Below, piece by piece: positions 25,801 through 35,327 of a stretch of DNA of 64,000 nt. Where the stretch lies: the NCBI GenBank assembly GCA_004764695.1, contig SMSO01000007.1, positions 496,001 through 560,000 of the forward strand, in the 5' to 3' direction. Below the pieces are notes generated by a model. The model searched no databases. It saw nothing but the letters and a program-made list of their open reading frames with translations, and was not told the DNA's origin. Origin of the DNA: Schizochytrium sp. TIO01. Taxonomy: Eukaryota > Protista > Bigyra: Labyrinthulomycetes. The position numbers and the translations under genes were made by a program. How positions within the stretch are numbered: position 1 is the first letter of the stretch; each line of letters begins with the position of its first letter.

Positions 25801-28800
25801 AAGCGTAAACTGCACGCAGCATAAATGGACCATTTGGCCGAAGTTCAGATGACCAATCCACCTCATCGGAGGACTCCGTCAGACGGCGTAAGAGGCCTTC
25901 GTCTGTAGGAAGTCTTTGCAAAAGCTCCCAAAGCTCCACGCGTGTTGTATCTGATATGACTGGGTCGTCCAAAAGTTTCATAATCATGCTTACATACTTG
26001 CTGCCTTCTGCGGTGATGAGCTTTGCAGGGAGCTCAGAGTCCTCGTCTACCTCGGAAATAGGCGAGTTTAGATCAGCAGCGACATCAATATCAATATTGA
26101 TAGTATGACGAATAACATGGGAGGTTGTCGTCTTTTCAACACCAGCGGCCTGGTCTGCAGGTGGAAGAATTTCATCTAAAGTCTCCTGAACTCCCATGAG
26201 CACACGTTCATGACCAAAGTCCATGCTTCGTCCAGAAAATTGGTTGTGTTGCTGGTTGTGGCTTAGAGAGCGCTGTGACTTGTGGTAAACGAGCGCACTC
26301 AATGAGATGGTCCGCTGATCAAGGGGACAATAACTCTGGTCTTTATACACGAGCTGGTCAAGAATCATTTGATGCAGGGCTCCAAGGGTACACTTCTCGC
26401 GCACATTCAGGTAAAGTGGCCTGTACGCTCGAGACGCCTTTTCCACCTCATCATCGGTGAGGACACCAGGTGCCGGTTGAAGTAAACGATCGTCAGTATC
26501 AAGAATTGCACGAGACATCATCTGATAAGTGTTCTCTGCAGAAGTTTTGATACCATGGTCTAAAATGTGCATGGATGTCATATTGCGTTTTTCCTTGGAT
26601 CCATTAATGAACCAAATTACATGCTCGCAAGTCTTTGGGTCAAAGTTGACGATTAAGCCTTGAAGGTATCGCGGCGTTTGTCCGCGACGCATTTGCGGAG
26701 ATACAGTTATTGGGACAGCAAGCTGTAACACCTTGCCAATATCGTGTTTGGAGAAAAGGAGAACCTTATCATGGTGTATCTCAAGACTCAGCTCCGCTCC
26801 GCGAGGGGGGGCATGGGGAATGAGCCGGGCAGTTTGCGGGAAATGGTGCAAGTAACTCGTGATGAGGCGAATGCAACGCTGAACTTTAGCGGTGCCAGCG
26901 TTGTTGGTTACTGCAGATTGTTCAAGTAATGCAAAAGTACGATCAAGAAACTCGCGGCGGCGCTGAAGCCCTGTCTTACCACCAATTCCAATTATACCTA
27001 GGTTATTGGGGGAAGTGATTTCCGGTACAAGATGATCGTCGGGTTCCATCATTCCTGTCACAGGATATCCAGCATCAAGATCGTCACCTGATGCAGGAAG
27101 CGTGTCCTCGAGTGTCTCTAAGCGACACTGAACTTGCAAAAGAAGATCCATAGCACGTACTGCTGTAACCTCAGGAGCGGATTCCACAATACGCCAGAGA
27201 GTGTCAATACCAACAACGTTGGGGTCCCTCACCACTGAGATGCGGATATCGCTACCAAGGTTACTGCTACCAATTGGAGCACTCGAAGCGACGAACGTTG
27301 GCATGCGGTTCCCCTTACTACGATTCGTTGGCGAAGGCAGCGCATTAGTTGGGGACAAGGCGAGAGACGACGAGCTCTTACGCAATAGAGTAGTCTCACT
27401 TCCTCCAGCACCAGTCATTGGTGCCACGCGGTTGTCCCAAGAAGCACGAGGTGTGAGGGGTGCAAATTCTGTAAACACAGAGGACCGGTGGCGTTTACCA
27501 CGTGGCGGCTTTTGCTTGAGATTTTTGGATTTTTTCAGTGAGAGCGTGGGCCCAGAGCCATTGTGCGGAGACACCGACGAAGAAATCGGCATTTTGTTTG
27601 AGTTTTCCTCCTCATCCGCGGCTTGCACATGAGTGTCAAGAATTGTGGTCGAAGTAGCTTCAGCTGAAGCATCAACACTGGTTCCGTGATTTACAACCTC
27701 CCCGTCCAAGACATTCTCCGCTCGGTTAACATCGAGGAAAAAGGCAGAAAAGCACTTGAAACCAGGCTCACTCAGTTGCTTAAACTCCATATCTCCACAA
27801 AGTAGCTGCGAGAAAACTTGGCGTGTCACGATTGCGGAGAGGCCGGAGCGAAGGCCGTTATCAACGACAGCGACTTGACGCAGCCAGACCATACAAATTT
27901 CACGTTCAAGCGGCTGAGACAGGGACTCCCAAAGTTGATGAACAAGCTCAAAGTTGAGCATGAGAGAAGACCGAGAAACGCAGTATTGTAGAAAGTCAAG
28001 ACGAATTTGAAGCGTCTGCATATGAGTAAGCAATTGCTCTCGCGTTGCCTTCTCGCTCGTTTGTGTGCGTGTACAATGTGTTTTAATTTCCTCAACCACT
28101 AACTCTAGCAACTTATAGCGATCTTCGAGTTCGATGATGAGCGCACTCTGCGTCCGTAGCTGTCGTGTGCCATCGGCGCCTTCTGTAAGGATCAGAGAGT
28201 AATCCTCCGAGTCGGATCCCTGCAAAGAATCCGAGACGCTAAGGGATGATAATTCCTGAAACGTACGGCCGCCCGTATGGATATTGCCAGCAACATAGTT
28301 CCTAGCAGAGTCAAAACCGCCAGAAGAGGAGCCCAAGCTGCCTCCAGTGAGTGGGGGGGATGCAGAATTTACCTGAAGAATGTCAAACATGAGAAGGATT
28401 TTCTGAAGTAGCTCATAGGCAGTTGAGATACGCACTGCTTCAGAGGGACTCTCTGGACCAGAGTCCGGTGTTCGCTGTGCAGAGGCGGAAAGAATATCAA
28501 TGTAAATCACGATATAGCGGGCGCGCAGCATTCGTGCGTTATTCATACGAAGTACTTCAACAATAAAATCAACAAGTTGCTTCCGGCGAGGGCTATTGAG
28601 GTCCGTTGTAGTTTCAAGGAGCCTCCAAAGGAGATCGAGAACTGCGTTCAGAACAGTGACGTCACAGAGCGAGAGGTTCAGCTGGTAGCTAGTTGATGCA
28701 GTACCACTGCTCATCAGTTTTTCGACAAAGAAGAGCATATCACCTCGATGTTCATCAACGAGCCGCGAGGCACAACGAAGAATGTATGCAGCAGTACCAG

Positions 28801-30142
28801 CATAAACATTATGGTCAACAGCGAGCTCAGCGAGAAGAGATTGCACAGCACCACGTACGGAATCATGATGGCCAACGCAGCATTTGAACATAAGATCAAC
28901 ATGTTTTTCCTGCATTGCACCTCCGCGAGCCATGAACTCCAAAAGCCGTTGACTACGTCCAACCAAAGCAGGGTGGAGAGCATCTGTGGATCCAAAGAGT
29001 TTTTCAAGAACTTCATGATTCACAAGCCATGCGTTCATGGACTCTACGTCGAAAATCTTCGGAGCGTTAAGCCTTTGATCTGCTGTGCGATGGGGGGCCT
29101 CAAGTGATGCTTGCGATGTGGCTTGCTGTGCATCCGATACAAGCTCTCCAATGAGGTCAAGACCCAATTTGCGGAGCTGGAAAGCCCGTGAGGTAAATGT
29201 CTTCAATGCAAGAGCTCGGAGAAAGCTACGGAGGCGCTCGTCATTACCAAGTACAATTTTGAGCGATTTGCGGAGACGCACAAGTTCAATGGTACGCTGA
29301 GATTTGAGCGCCTCTTCGTCCATACGTTCTACAGCCTTCATAGCAGCCCTGCAGGCTGCCTCAGCACGGTCAATACCGATAAGATCTCGGGAGAGTACGA
29401 AGGGTTCAAGAAGAACCGAGACCTCCGCTGCACTAAGAGATCTTGTTTGCGACTGGGATTCCTCCAGAGAAATTGCGGCCGTAGCACCAGCAGCAGTAGC
29501 AGACCCGAGATTGTGCACGGGCGCCGCATTGGTTTCTCCAGATACACTAAGGCCATTCACGGGAATATCGCCGATCATCATTTGCTCAAGAATATCAAAG
29601 CCTCCATACTCACGAAATGTGTTTACCACTGCCTCTCGTACTTTCCAGCCTCGCGAGGAGTTAAGTGAGGGCTTACCCAAAATATCTGTGTGGGGGTCGC
29701 CTGGATCTGGTGTGGAGTAAAAGACACAATCAGGCCCAAAGAGTTTTGCGAGTGTGACGAGGTACTTGACATGGTGGTACTTTCTCAGATCATGGAGAAT
29801 CAGTTTACATGCGCCTTGAAGCACAATGTTAAAGTTACGCAATAGTTTGACTTGCACAGATTGTGCAGTTTGCTCAAGGAAAATACTAATAACACCATCT
29901 AGACAGTCCTGCATGAACATCTCAACTTCAGGTATTCCTGCGTGTTCTACGGCGGTCGCAAAGGCCTTCCCGCAAGGCGCATATTCAACGCTTTGTGACT
30001 GAATGTACATTTTTGACACCTTCATGAGCGGTTCTTGCTCTTGCTTGGTCAAGACGCTCGCGTTTTCTGCAGCACCTACATCGGGGTGGTGGCCAAGGTT
30101 ATCCATTGGCCCGCCCACAAGATCTTGATGCTGAGCTCCCAT
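19889..30142 (-). CDS. Large ubiquitin-specific protease (C19; USP9/USP24/USP34-like), 3417 aa, single ORF
   Basis: Cys box GLVNQGATCYQNSVLQQLF (~24047-24085), QNDAIEF, LPPVLVVQLQRF, His box YELCGVVVHQGSGANFGHYYSFIKDR (~22935-23008), WFRFDDERV and NAYLLLYE. Long helical-repeat-like N-terminus typical of this subfamily. Confidence 0.93.
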   Translation of the reverse strand: MGAQHQDLVGGPMDNLGHHPDVGAAENASVLTKQEQEPLMKVSKMYIQSQSVEYAPCGKAFATAVEHAGIPEVEMFMQDCLDGVISIFLEQTAQSVQVKLLRNFNIVLQGACKLILHDLRKYHHVKYLVTLAKLFGPDCVFYSTPDPGDPHTDILGKPSLNSSRGWKVREAVVNTFREYGGFDILEQMMIGDIPVNGLSVSGETNAAPVHNLGSATAAGATAAISLEESQSQTRSLSAAEVSVLLEPFVLSRDLIGIDRAEAACRAAMKAVERMDEEALKSQRTIELVRLRKSLKIVLGNDERLRSFLRALALKTFTSRAFQLRKLGLDLIGELVSDAQQATSQASLEAPHRTADQRLNAPKIFDVESMNAWLVNHEVLEKLFGSTDALHPALVGRSQRLLEFMARGGAMQEKHVDLMFKCCVGHHDSVRGAVQSLLAELAVDHNVYAGTAAYILRCASRLVDEHRGDMLFFVEKLMSSGTASTSYQLNLSLCDVTVLNAVLDLLWRLLETTTDLNSPRRKQLVDFIVEVLRMNNARMLRARYIVIYIDILSASAQRTPDSGPESPSEAVRISTAYELLQKILLMFDILQVNSASPPLTGGSLGSSSGGFDSARNYVAGNIHTGGRTFQELSSLSVSDSLQGSDSEDYSLILTEGADGTRQLRTQSALIIELEDRYKLLELVVEEIKTHCTRTQTSEKATREQLLTHMQTLQIRLDFLQYCVSRSSLMLNFELVHQLWESLSQPLEREICMVWLRQVAVVDNGLRSGLSAIVTRQVFSQLLCGDMEFKQLSEPGFKCFSAFFLDVNRAENVLDGEVVNHGTSVDASAEATSTTILDTHVQAADEEENSNKMPISSSVSPHNGSGPTLSLKKSKNLKQKPPRGKRHRSSVFTEFAPLTPRASWDNRVAPMTGAGGSETTLLRKSSSSLALSPTNALPSPTNRSKGNRMPTFVASSAPIGSSNLGSDIRISVVRDPNVVGIDTLWRIVESAPEVTAVRAMDLLLQVQCRLETLEDTLPASGDDLDAGYPVTGMMEPDDHLVPEITSPNNLGIIGIGGKTGLQRRREFLDRTFALLEQSAVTNNAGTAKVQRCIRLITSYLHHFPQTARLIPHAPPRGAELSLEIHHDKVLLFSKHDIGKVLQLAVPITVSPQMRRGQTPRYLQGLIVNFDPKTCEHVIWFINGSKEKRNMTSMHILDHGIKTSAENTYQMMSRAILDTDDRLLQPAPGVLTDDEVEKASRAYRPLYLNVREKCTLGALHQMILDQLVYKDQSYCPLDQRTISLSALVYHKSQRSLSHNQQHNQFSGRSMDFGHERVLMGVQETLDEILPPADQAAGVEKTTTSHVIRHTINIDIDVAADLNSPISEVDEDSELPAKLITAEGSKYVSMIMKLLDDPVISDTTRVELWELLQRLPTDEGLLRRLTESSDEVDWSSELRPNGPFMLRAVYALMIVNRLIGNQESRASYDTQSQDDNISSPSDDGEASIESSAWRSSFLKTGGFQDVVLLLGRILVESSDPSNAEYNWFWAWQQTVALPVIMRIVRFCVRGSLSDSTNDTVHGEASILSRIEQIQMEESKQARGMAFSPASKETIARSSDLQTLAKNLSVLIVLAHRTTCSQSGFTEYDTDDEDDDLIDEDKDHLVSKNDNDVPIPSGLVESDGDDSDSEDDDADDTTDSAAPLGYSDDDYGLSLDRSGDSSSGQRDDAINDSDDAMLNVLVDAVQTSFMLLQADKSLGSDFLSSQAEQQRLNQDSWIGAKSIVDVLSLSRFPIVREMLRDLLSMLCTFSQENLRTVEALARETIYTTPKNCPTCDDYFAFVRTQIAERHFRVESFTRIIIARLVQYPALTRQQIRREARLLSPFNIALRSQCFKLRPGKVRRPTQNEDTAQYNAIKTVTLKLLDDTLIGYLDLMELILQKNPAICQDDSMCTPLMESLFHRFLMAVPTPNKKRASAIASLPDIRTRAFGLLRLMAEADNICLKWLSEATHKFVLDTPVPVNRQGRLDWNFKPVDSRKSPSGFVGLVNQGATCYQNSVLQQLFMAPQLRDWILHSPGVLGSIVSSNKAASPSQNMYDNDLEGDGEDGGAEYLWNNIPGMRDHKKNRLLRALQYTFTFLKNSDKRYFNPRGFVDESAALKLMDGHLSQNDAIEFYSRLVDYLEDTTQGRMQCKALQDMLYVRTCTMNVRNCEGKHRTESEVGTPFLTLNVRSGMAGPTLHSLDDALESWFKAEKLSGLECEVCNAMDKERRFEADQIKCFSKLPPVLVVQLQRFDFDYEIMQPTKLNHRVSFEHRIDLYRFTRAAVMEKFDEEARQSQSATVEPNEPNSAHAVSDASGLGNEAVAVSAGRSSPMMPHDNEREESLGEPQSECHEDDSLNKSNTEYELCGVVVHQGSGANFGHYYSFIKDRRSGAWFRFDDERVTPFDVRNLEEECFGGPLNNGGAQAGWSSGGNSSIGMTNMGMGGMGKFKQYGARDNNAYLLLYELVNGPKTIGGTVPREPKLAMPRGLPQPLAEGSVSTLVASASDVYSEQGLCSLSFAQVGKIVCKMQVWIRQARLALTAKHRLEGIEQDVWEDNQRTMRHGLVMVPTFMDFCYQLLLISSHDKDTFESTLKMALVVYTRATMRIYTQKPRLRMWDIAIRGALQKSLEIGPDVVPWFLSTLTESTGRHDSLEPLLLRCSEKTARGVIIHLMEEVIKLATTAISSPADYLSDAFKLQLESILSQFVDVMCEMMPLDIPPSYRFLRPYFAVWRMLCRVDYLRDSLLQRDVPALLLRVYQIAESATRQSNRHRGGSMDQGHQQANGGPNDGDLTALVDSLSLLLTGKTTEDSYSKLMRRSGYFEDPLASVDDEDDEDDLEEQDEAGSGFLVTANGEVDPRASTLDWFLRQARHSSALRFARGTPACQVAQNNAAILPENFVLLIARRDPRPGAVLLAHACKGDIELSRHVITSLHQQLENTVGLVDVANATVEAIRHKIKSLCLALGMLGSIEDGHSIERSQDLVGKCLNQVILLSKEAKTLAARQEQQRAGGRYPQNMYYDPETEEMYQINVYAAYSLAKMLGQLFHVNSGVRSWMVEYSSHWVPWLPNWLDTHSYDRCLGGNLDVFTRTIAKGRTVRLLARAAAMANPDVCFRPIVPQKVSILVKGAATPECNGSFSFDGYFKPNESNQIDSVTPKFVKFVESRPYNLYRCQVKDKQYTWYISELSAKPGTNSDTDYYSSHHGNPSTMPPESGWVACGQGAKPAPSHARIIREPFDPVNNPCEAMEKRAAKEQMLQQQQQQQDIVAANRVAGSSLVAANQQAGQQNSAGSAQSHQGGVMQAIQGAPPQAPLPRSRAEVGYDAGAEGDDEGGDEEDEDDDDLPTGTETLGYMDEDDAASDQAVNPGGSVGDDYDGRDNLSTASGSGSEVLDQEPQDDILPSP

Positions 30143-31747
30143 TTTAGGTAATTTGCTTCCTGGTCAAAGGCGTCTAACGGTTCAAGATCCAAATCTTAAA
30201 GCCCTTACTTAAATGTCAAACAGAAAATGCTGTCTTCACGAGATAAATTTCCCTGGCCTGTGTCTTCCTCGCTATCCCAATGGTCTCCGTAGGTAGTCTT
30301 TTCGATCAGAATCTTCAGCTCCTACTTCAAACTGAATTCGTCACAAAAACTTGCCCAAGAACCGGCACAGAGCGTCGAAAGCACCTCAAGACGAGCTCCC
30401 AAATATGCCAGAACTATCTGTGTTGTAAACCTAATTAGCGACCTTTAGAGCCCAAGACCCTGATTTGTATCTTTCCCGTCCTGCTTGGTGGGGGTTTATA
30501 GAGTGGTTCAATGGAGAAATTTACCTCTGTATCTCTGTCTATAAGTATAATATGAAGAGAATGTATTCGGGTACCAGGAGAACGACGCCGAGGCTTCGTA
30601 GCTGACTTGGCGCACGAGGCGGAGAGGTTCGAGTCCAGGAGCGAGCAGATCCTCAACGAAAGGCACAGGAGCGAGTGCGCTTGAATCAGGTAAGACCGAA
30701 ATGATAGAAAGCGAAGAAGGAGAGAGAAGAAGATAGAGAAGAAGAGGCTTGCTTGCCTCGCTCCTTGCTTTCTCTTCCCCGACTTGAGCTCTCTGTGGAG
30801 AGAAGTTCTCTCCTCCTCACAGAGGCAGCGCCGCGCTCACACGGATACCAGCGGGAAAGTATCGCGTTGCGGCCACGCCTCCTCGGGCTCAGCAGTGGCG
30901 GCGACGGAGGAGGACGAAGCGAGAATGAACGAACGAACGAACGAATCGATTCGATCAATTTACTCAAACAAAATGATTGAAAAATCGATAAATCAACAGA
31001 GCCATTCAGAAGTTCGATAAGAAGAAAACCCCAAACTTTGGAGGAACCGCTCCAGCGGAGCCGCTCCGGTGCAGCTAGGGCCTGAGAACTCGGTGTCACC
31101 ACCAGCGGGTCGCCCTCTCTGTGTCAAGGGGTCTGCTACTCCAAGCTTACGGCCACAGGAACACTCAGAGGCAGAGAATGGAGCTGTTTCCGGCGAAGAG
31201 GAAAGAGCGCCAAAAAATCCAAGCGAGGGGGTATCCACTCCACAAGTGACTTATAGATAAAATAACTCACTATATACCCACGTACAAGTGAGTTATAGTT
31301 CATGGAAAGTGAACTATACTGCCGCAAACGGGACGCGAGAAAAGAAGGAAAGAAAGAAAGAAAGAAAGATATCCTTCGCTCTTGCGACCCTATCAATACT
31401 TATACAAAGCCTACCGCGACACGAAAAAGAACAAGAGTACCAGTACCTAGGTAATCAACTACTACTACCTCTTTCACGCCTTTAAAGAAAAGCACCCAAA
31501 CAGTCACATACAAATCGGCAATGTACTATTGAGGGAACTATGGGATTCTGCAGAACTTGATGGAAAAGTCAGAAGAGCAGGAAGTAAAGTATACTCCTAG
31601 TGGGATTAACGAACTGCTACCAATCAAAAGAGTCAACGGGAAAGATATTCTCTCACGGTTTTAGGACGTAACGGAGTGGAATTTAGGACAAAGCGGCGTT
31701 CAAAATTCGAGAAGAGCGAACTTCTGCGATGCAAATCGGCAAACTCA

Positions 31748-31793
31748 AGAAGAAGAAGAAGAAGAAGAAGAAGAAGATGATGATGATGATGAA
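31748..31793. repeat. Compound (GAA)n(GAT)n microsatellite
   Basis: Directly visible. Confidence 0.85.
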
Positions 31794-32900
31794 GAGAACC
31801 AAGTCTCGGAGGCTCCAGATGCTAATTTGAGGAGCGGTGCACCTGTGAATGTGGCAGCGCGAAAAAGACGCGACGGAATTTAGTGGAATGTGCTTCGATT
31901 CGGGATTGCTGTTGGCATCTTGTGATAATCAAATTCTTGCAGTCTTCGTCTTGGACACCTGAATTTGTTGACACAGAGAGGAAGTCGGTTGCCACAATTA
32001 GGACTTAGGAACCTGCTTCGAAAATGCAGAATGTTCTTGTTATTATTGCTTTTGTACAGATTGTAAACATACCCTGACATTCTGAGGTGCTATAGATGTC
32101 TGTCTTCTGGGGCATTTAGATTAATGGGTTCTCCATAGTTTGGGTCTTCGCACCGTAGAGCATTCGTAAAGGCTGAAAGTGCTTTAAAATGGAGTTTTGC
32201 TGCTGACCAGATTGGCTGTTTGACAAGCAACTGAGATACATTTGCATCAGAAAGGTGCATTTCTGTAGCGGAGATACTTGAAATCTTGAATTCACAGCAC
32301 TAGCTGTACCTCTTTTGTGTCCTGAAAGCTGTCTTTCGCTTGATTCTTCAATAAGGCGCGTGCAGGGATGGGGGCTCGCAAGTTCATCCCAATGTCTGGC
32401 GTGATGTGAAGATCTCCTCTCGAGCGCCACCAAGATTCCTTTATGCATGCAACCTACGTACGCCTGCCTAGTCAACTCTAATGCGCCTCCTTGGTGGTTA
32501 GGTGGGCTTCACAGCAACTCACAGTCCTAGGAGTAGGCCTTATGTAGCGCTAGGCCAAATTTGGTAATTCAAATGAATGAACAATAGATCATTAGAAAAT
32601 TATTGATTGAGCGATTGAGTGAATGTACGAAGAAAGGTTTTCGCGCTTTCTGAGCGTAAATCAATAACTAATTCACAGGACCAACGCCGCGCGATTGGCG
32701 GTCAGGCTCGACACCTCCAGGGAAGTTTAAGTCAGGCTCTCTTCCTCTGAAAGGCATAGGCTGTCCTTTAGTGTCAAGCACAGATCGCTTGGACTCAACA
32801 CGAGTTCTCAAAGGTGGACGGCGAAGTAGACGTCCTATAACTTCGTGGCGCTCAACGGGAAGACCTTGCGGGGCTCCTTGGGTTATCAATTTCAATCAAG

Positions 32901-34289
32901 ATGGTGGGCTGGGCAATTGAGGAGTCGAAGTCGGCACGAGCTGCGTGTAAGAAATGTAAGGAAAAGATCGCCAAGGGGGATCTTCGCTGGGTCAAGATCA
33001 CGGAGAATGAGAAATTTGGCGAGATGAAGGCTTATCAGCACTTGAACTGCCTCATGTACCCGACCCGTGGTGAAGGATTTGAGTTTAGCGATGTCCAAGG
33101 CCTTGACGAGCTGTCTTCCTCTCAGGTTAAGGACGCCGAGAAGGCCTACGAGGAGGGCAAGAACAACAAGGGCGCTAAAAAGCGTAAAGCGGATGTGAAG
33201 GAAGAGCCTGGCGAGAAGAAAACGTCGAAGAAGAAGAAGGATGCAGATGCAAAGAGCTCCTCCTCCGCCAAGGTCAAGGTAGAAAAGACGAAGTCCAAGA
33301 CCAAAAAGAAGTTCGACACTGACATGGAGGAGGCTAGCGACGACATCGTCGCCAAGTACAAGAAAATGAACGTCTCCGAGCTTAAGGACTACCTCCGTGC
33401 CAACAAGCAGCTCCTCAAGGGTGCCAAGGGTGATCTTGTCAACCGTTGCGTTGACGGTGAGAAGAACGGCCGCCTTTTGGCCTGCTCTGGCTGTGGACAA
33501 GGTAAGGTTGAACTCACAGACCATGGCACTGTTCAGTGCAACGGCTACTTTGATGACACAATTGGCCAGCGCGTACCGTGCAAGTACTCATGCCCTGTAG
33601 ACGAGGCGTCCCGAGGCAAGTGGCTCACTCCGGAAGAGGCCGAGCAAGAGGAGGAGGGTGCTGGTGTAAAGGGAGAAGCAGCTGCTTCTGCCTTGAGCGC
33701 CGAGGACCTCGCCCGTGTGGAGAAGGCCTTCAAGAAGGTCCCTGAGGACGCATCTCCTCGAGAGAAAGCACAAAAACTAATCAAGGTATGCCAGCAAATG
33801 CAGTTGGCGATCCCCACCGATGACGCTAAGGCTTTGCAGCGAGCTGGTCAGGCGATTATGGCGAGCCAGAATGATGATGGTGAGTATGACCTCATGGTTG
33901 CATTCAAGGATATGCTTGGGGAGTTTGGAACTGCAAAGGCGGCAAAGGCCGCTGCAAAAGCAGTCGAGGCAAGTCGCCCCAAGGCACGTTGCGATGACAA
34001 TACTCAGTTCGCGAACCTTATTGAGGAGCTTGCCGTGCTGGAGGCCAAGGCTAAAGAGTCTGATGACTGGGAGCGTAAGGTGGTTGCGCTTAAACTCGCC
34101 GTTAGCGCAATCCGCTCTGCAGACTTTAAGATTGAGTCTGGTAAGGAGGTCAGCAAGGCCAACTCAAAGAAGAAGCTCAAGGGTGTTGGTGCTCGAACTG
34201 CTGAGAAAATTGACGAGATTATTGAGAGCGGTACTCTGCAGCGCCTTGAGGAACTTCGCGAGCGTGATGCCCAGGGCGATTTCGCATAA
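32901..34289 (+). CDS. PARP-type zinc finger + PADR1 (SAP-like helices + Zn ribbon) + DNA polymerase beta-type N-terminal HhH domain protein, 462 aa
   Basis: zf-PARP: IEESKSARAACKKCKEKIAKGDLR...HLNC. PADR1: VSELKDYLRANKQLLKGAKGDLVNRCVDGEKNGRLLACSGC...CNGY...C. C-terminus NTQFANLIEELAVLE...RKVVALKLAVSAI...KIESGKE...KKLKGVGARTAEKIDEIIESGTLQRLEELR matches the Pol X 8-kDa domain. Confidence 0.85.
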   Translation: MVGWAIEESKSARAACKKCKEKIAKGDLRWVKITENEKFGEMKAYQHLNCLMYPTRGEGFEFSDVQGLDELSSSQVKDAEKAYEEGKNNKGAKKRKADVKEEPGEKKTSKKKKDADAKSSSSAKVKVEKTKSKTKKKFDTDMEEASDDIVAKYKKMNVSELKDYLRANKQLLKGAKGDLVNRCVDGEKNGRLLACSGCGQGKVELTDHGTVQCNGYFDDTIGQRVPCKYSCPVDEASRGKWLTPEEAEQEEEGAGVKGEAAASALSAEDLARVEKAFKKVPEDASPREKAQKLIKVCQQMQLAIPTDDAKALQRAGQAIMASQNDDGEYDLMVAFKDMLGEFGTAKAAKAAAKAVEASRPKARCDDNTQFANLIEELAVLEAKAKESDDWERKVVALKLAVSAIRSADFKIESGKEVSKANSKKKLKGVGARTAEKIDEIIESGTLQRLEELRERDAQGDFA

Positions 34290-35327
34290 CTTTTTTCTAT
34301 TGCTTCAAACTTTGCCGCCCATGTTGCGATAAAGGCCACAAAGCTTAATCTCTATTGCGCACGAAATATTTTCAGAAATGTGAGAAATTTATTCGTCATT
34401 TCTTCACATTTGAAAAGGATGGCTCTTCCCATTTTCGCATGTGCGTGTAAAACCCTATACCTTATTATGATAATAGTATGAATTATTTCAGTCAGCACCT
34501 TTTTTATGTTGAAACCCATCATTCAATGTTCCACATTGTCACTTCAAACTTAAACTTTATATTGTATTGTGTAGTTTATCTTTTGCAAACTTCATCCTCC
34601 AACTTATATGATATGAAGAAGACACGTAAGGACAGACGGAATAGAGCAAACACCAAGAATCCGATACAGAACTAGCTCCTTTTACGACTAGTTGCATTGC
34701 GATATTTTGCAAGATACTATGGTACTGTTTGTATTGCAGATAGGATCATAATGCCGAAACCTTCATGATGATTATTCCATTTTTACTCAGCCGACTAGGA
34801 GCTAAGATAGTTTCTTGCTCTGGCCTGACTACCCCAATGAAGCAAGCCCAAGCAAGCCTGTCGTGCTAGGAATTCATCTTTGTCCATAAATTGCAATGCA
34901 CCAAAGTGAAGCTAATTCCTATACTTATAGCTATATACATCTACTATACAGTCTGGAGTGCACCTTAGTACGCGACGCTGGAAATGAAAGAATGCGGTAA
35001 GCATTCCTAGTAGAGAATAGCTAGATTGTATTGTGTGCCAGGCAATAGTAGTAATACACCTTCTCAATCAACAAACTCTGGAGCTCCGAAGAGCGATAAG
35101 GCAACTGGAACCCGCGCGGCCTGCTTGGGTGTCCTTTACGACAGGTTCGTTGGACCACTCTTTAACTGGAGACGCAGTGTGCTCTCCTTCGCGGTCGCAG
35201 GAAAATTTAAGATTGAGGATTTCGAGTACCAAGGAAGCGAGGAGCACAGTATTCTATTTTGCCCATCAGTCAGTCGGTCTCAGAGCCCGGGCCTTGATAT
35301 TATTTTGGTTGTCTGGCTGCGGAGCTG

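Noticed and set aside
30592-30643. tRNA-like A-box (TAGCTGACTTGG) and perfect B-box (GGTTCGAGTCC); a similar pair at 3051-3090
   Set aside because: Only 15-16 nt separate the boxes, there is no anticodon arm and the T-stem does not pair. Not a tRNA; at most an isolated TFIIIC site.
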